DNA of 64,000 nucleotides, taken from positions 1-64,000 of the IMG/VR virus record IMGVR_UViG_3300045243_000021; one strand, 5' to 3'. The stretch's first letter is position 1. Each line of letters opens with the position of its first letter. The position numbers and the translations under genes are program-made. This DNA comes from a virus. The notes under the pieces were generated by a model that had not been told where the DNA came from, made no database searches, and saw only the letters and a program-made list of their open reading frames with translations. Of the stretch, positions 63,813 through 64,000 are shown piece by piece.

Positions 63813-64000
63813 CTAGTCGATGAAGTGGCGGCAGTCAGGGCACCAACCGTTGCTGTGCTTGTGCGAATGGCCGCAAGGCTCCGGCGGCTTCAGCTTGTCC
63901 AGCTCCGCCCGCAGCCCCTGGACCTCGCGGGCCAACCCCTTGAGTCCAGCAGCAATGCTGGCCGTATCGCCCTTGAGGAGAGTTATTTCGGTTTGCTGGC
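63813..64000 (-). CDS. partial hypothetical protein (3' end)
   Basis: Reads ...GLRAELDKLKPPEPCGHSHKHSNGWCPDCRHFID*; runs off the window. Confidence 0.4.
   Translation of the reverse strand, partial: QQTEITLLKGDTASIAAGLKGLAREVQGLRAELDKLKPPEPCGHSHKHSNGWCPDCRHFID

Overview
Nearly the whole genome of a temperate, long-tailed (siphovirus-like) phage. The host is probably a planctomycete, inferred from protein style only. Gene order: divergent switch with an RHH-like repressor; recombination, methylation and replication genes (Cas4-like exonuclease, RecT, MT-A70, initiator, RuvC-like); terminase; portal, MuF, DUF2213 protease and capsid; a 16-kb block of membrane and secreted cargo (intein-split papain protease, two c-type cytochrome-like proteins, G8 and BNR/LamG proteins); tail genes; a 10-kb sugar-biosynthesis and glycosyltransferase cluster; attP (5' half of a tRNA-CAT); tyrosine integrase. 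The best novel candidates are: (1) a virion glycosylation system with a recurring Gly-Thr-Gly motif in many structural proteins; (2) a three-copy structured RNA leader/attenuator in front of late genes; (3) Asn-site processing of head proteins releasing cargo domains that start with NAFCxTGxGGGxDxxC; (4) endonuclease insertions flanked by duplicated target-gene starts; (5) an integrase arm-binding domain fused to a GIY-YIG domain next to attP. All calls come from motif recognition by eye; no database search was run.
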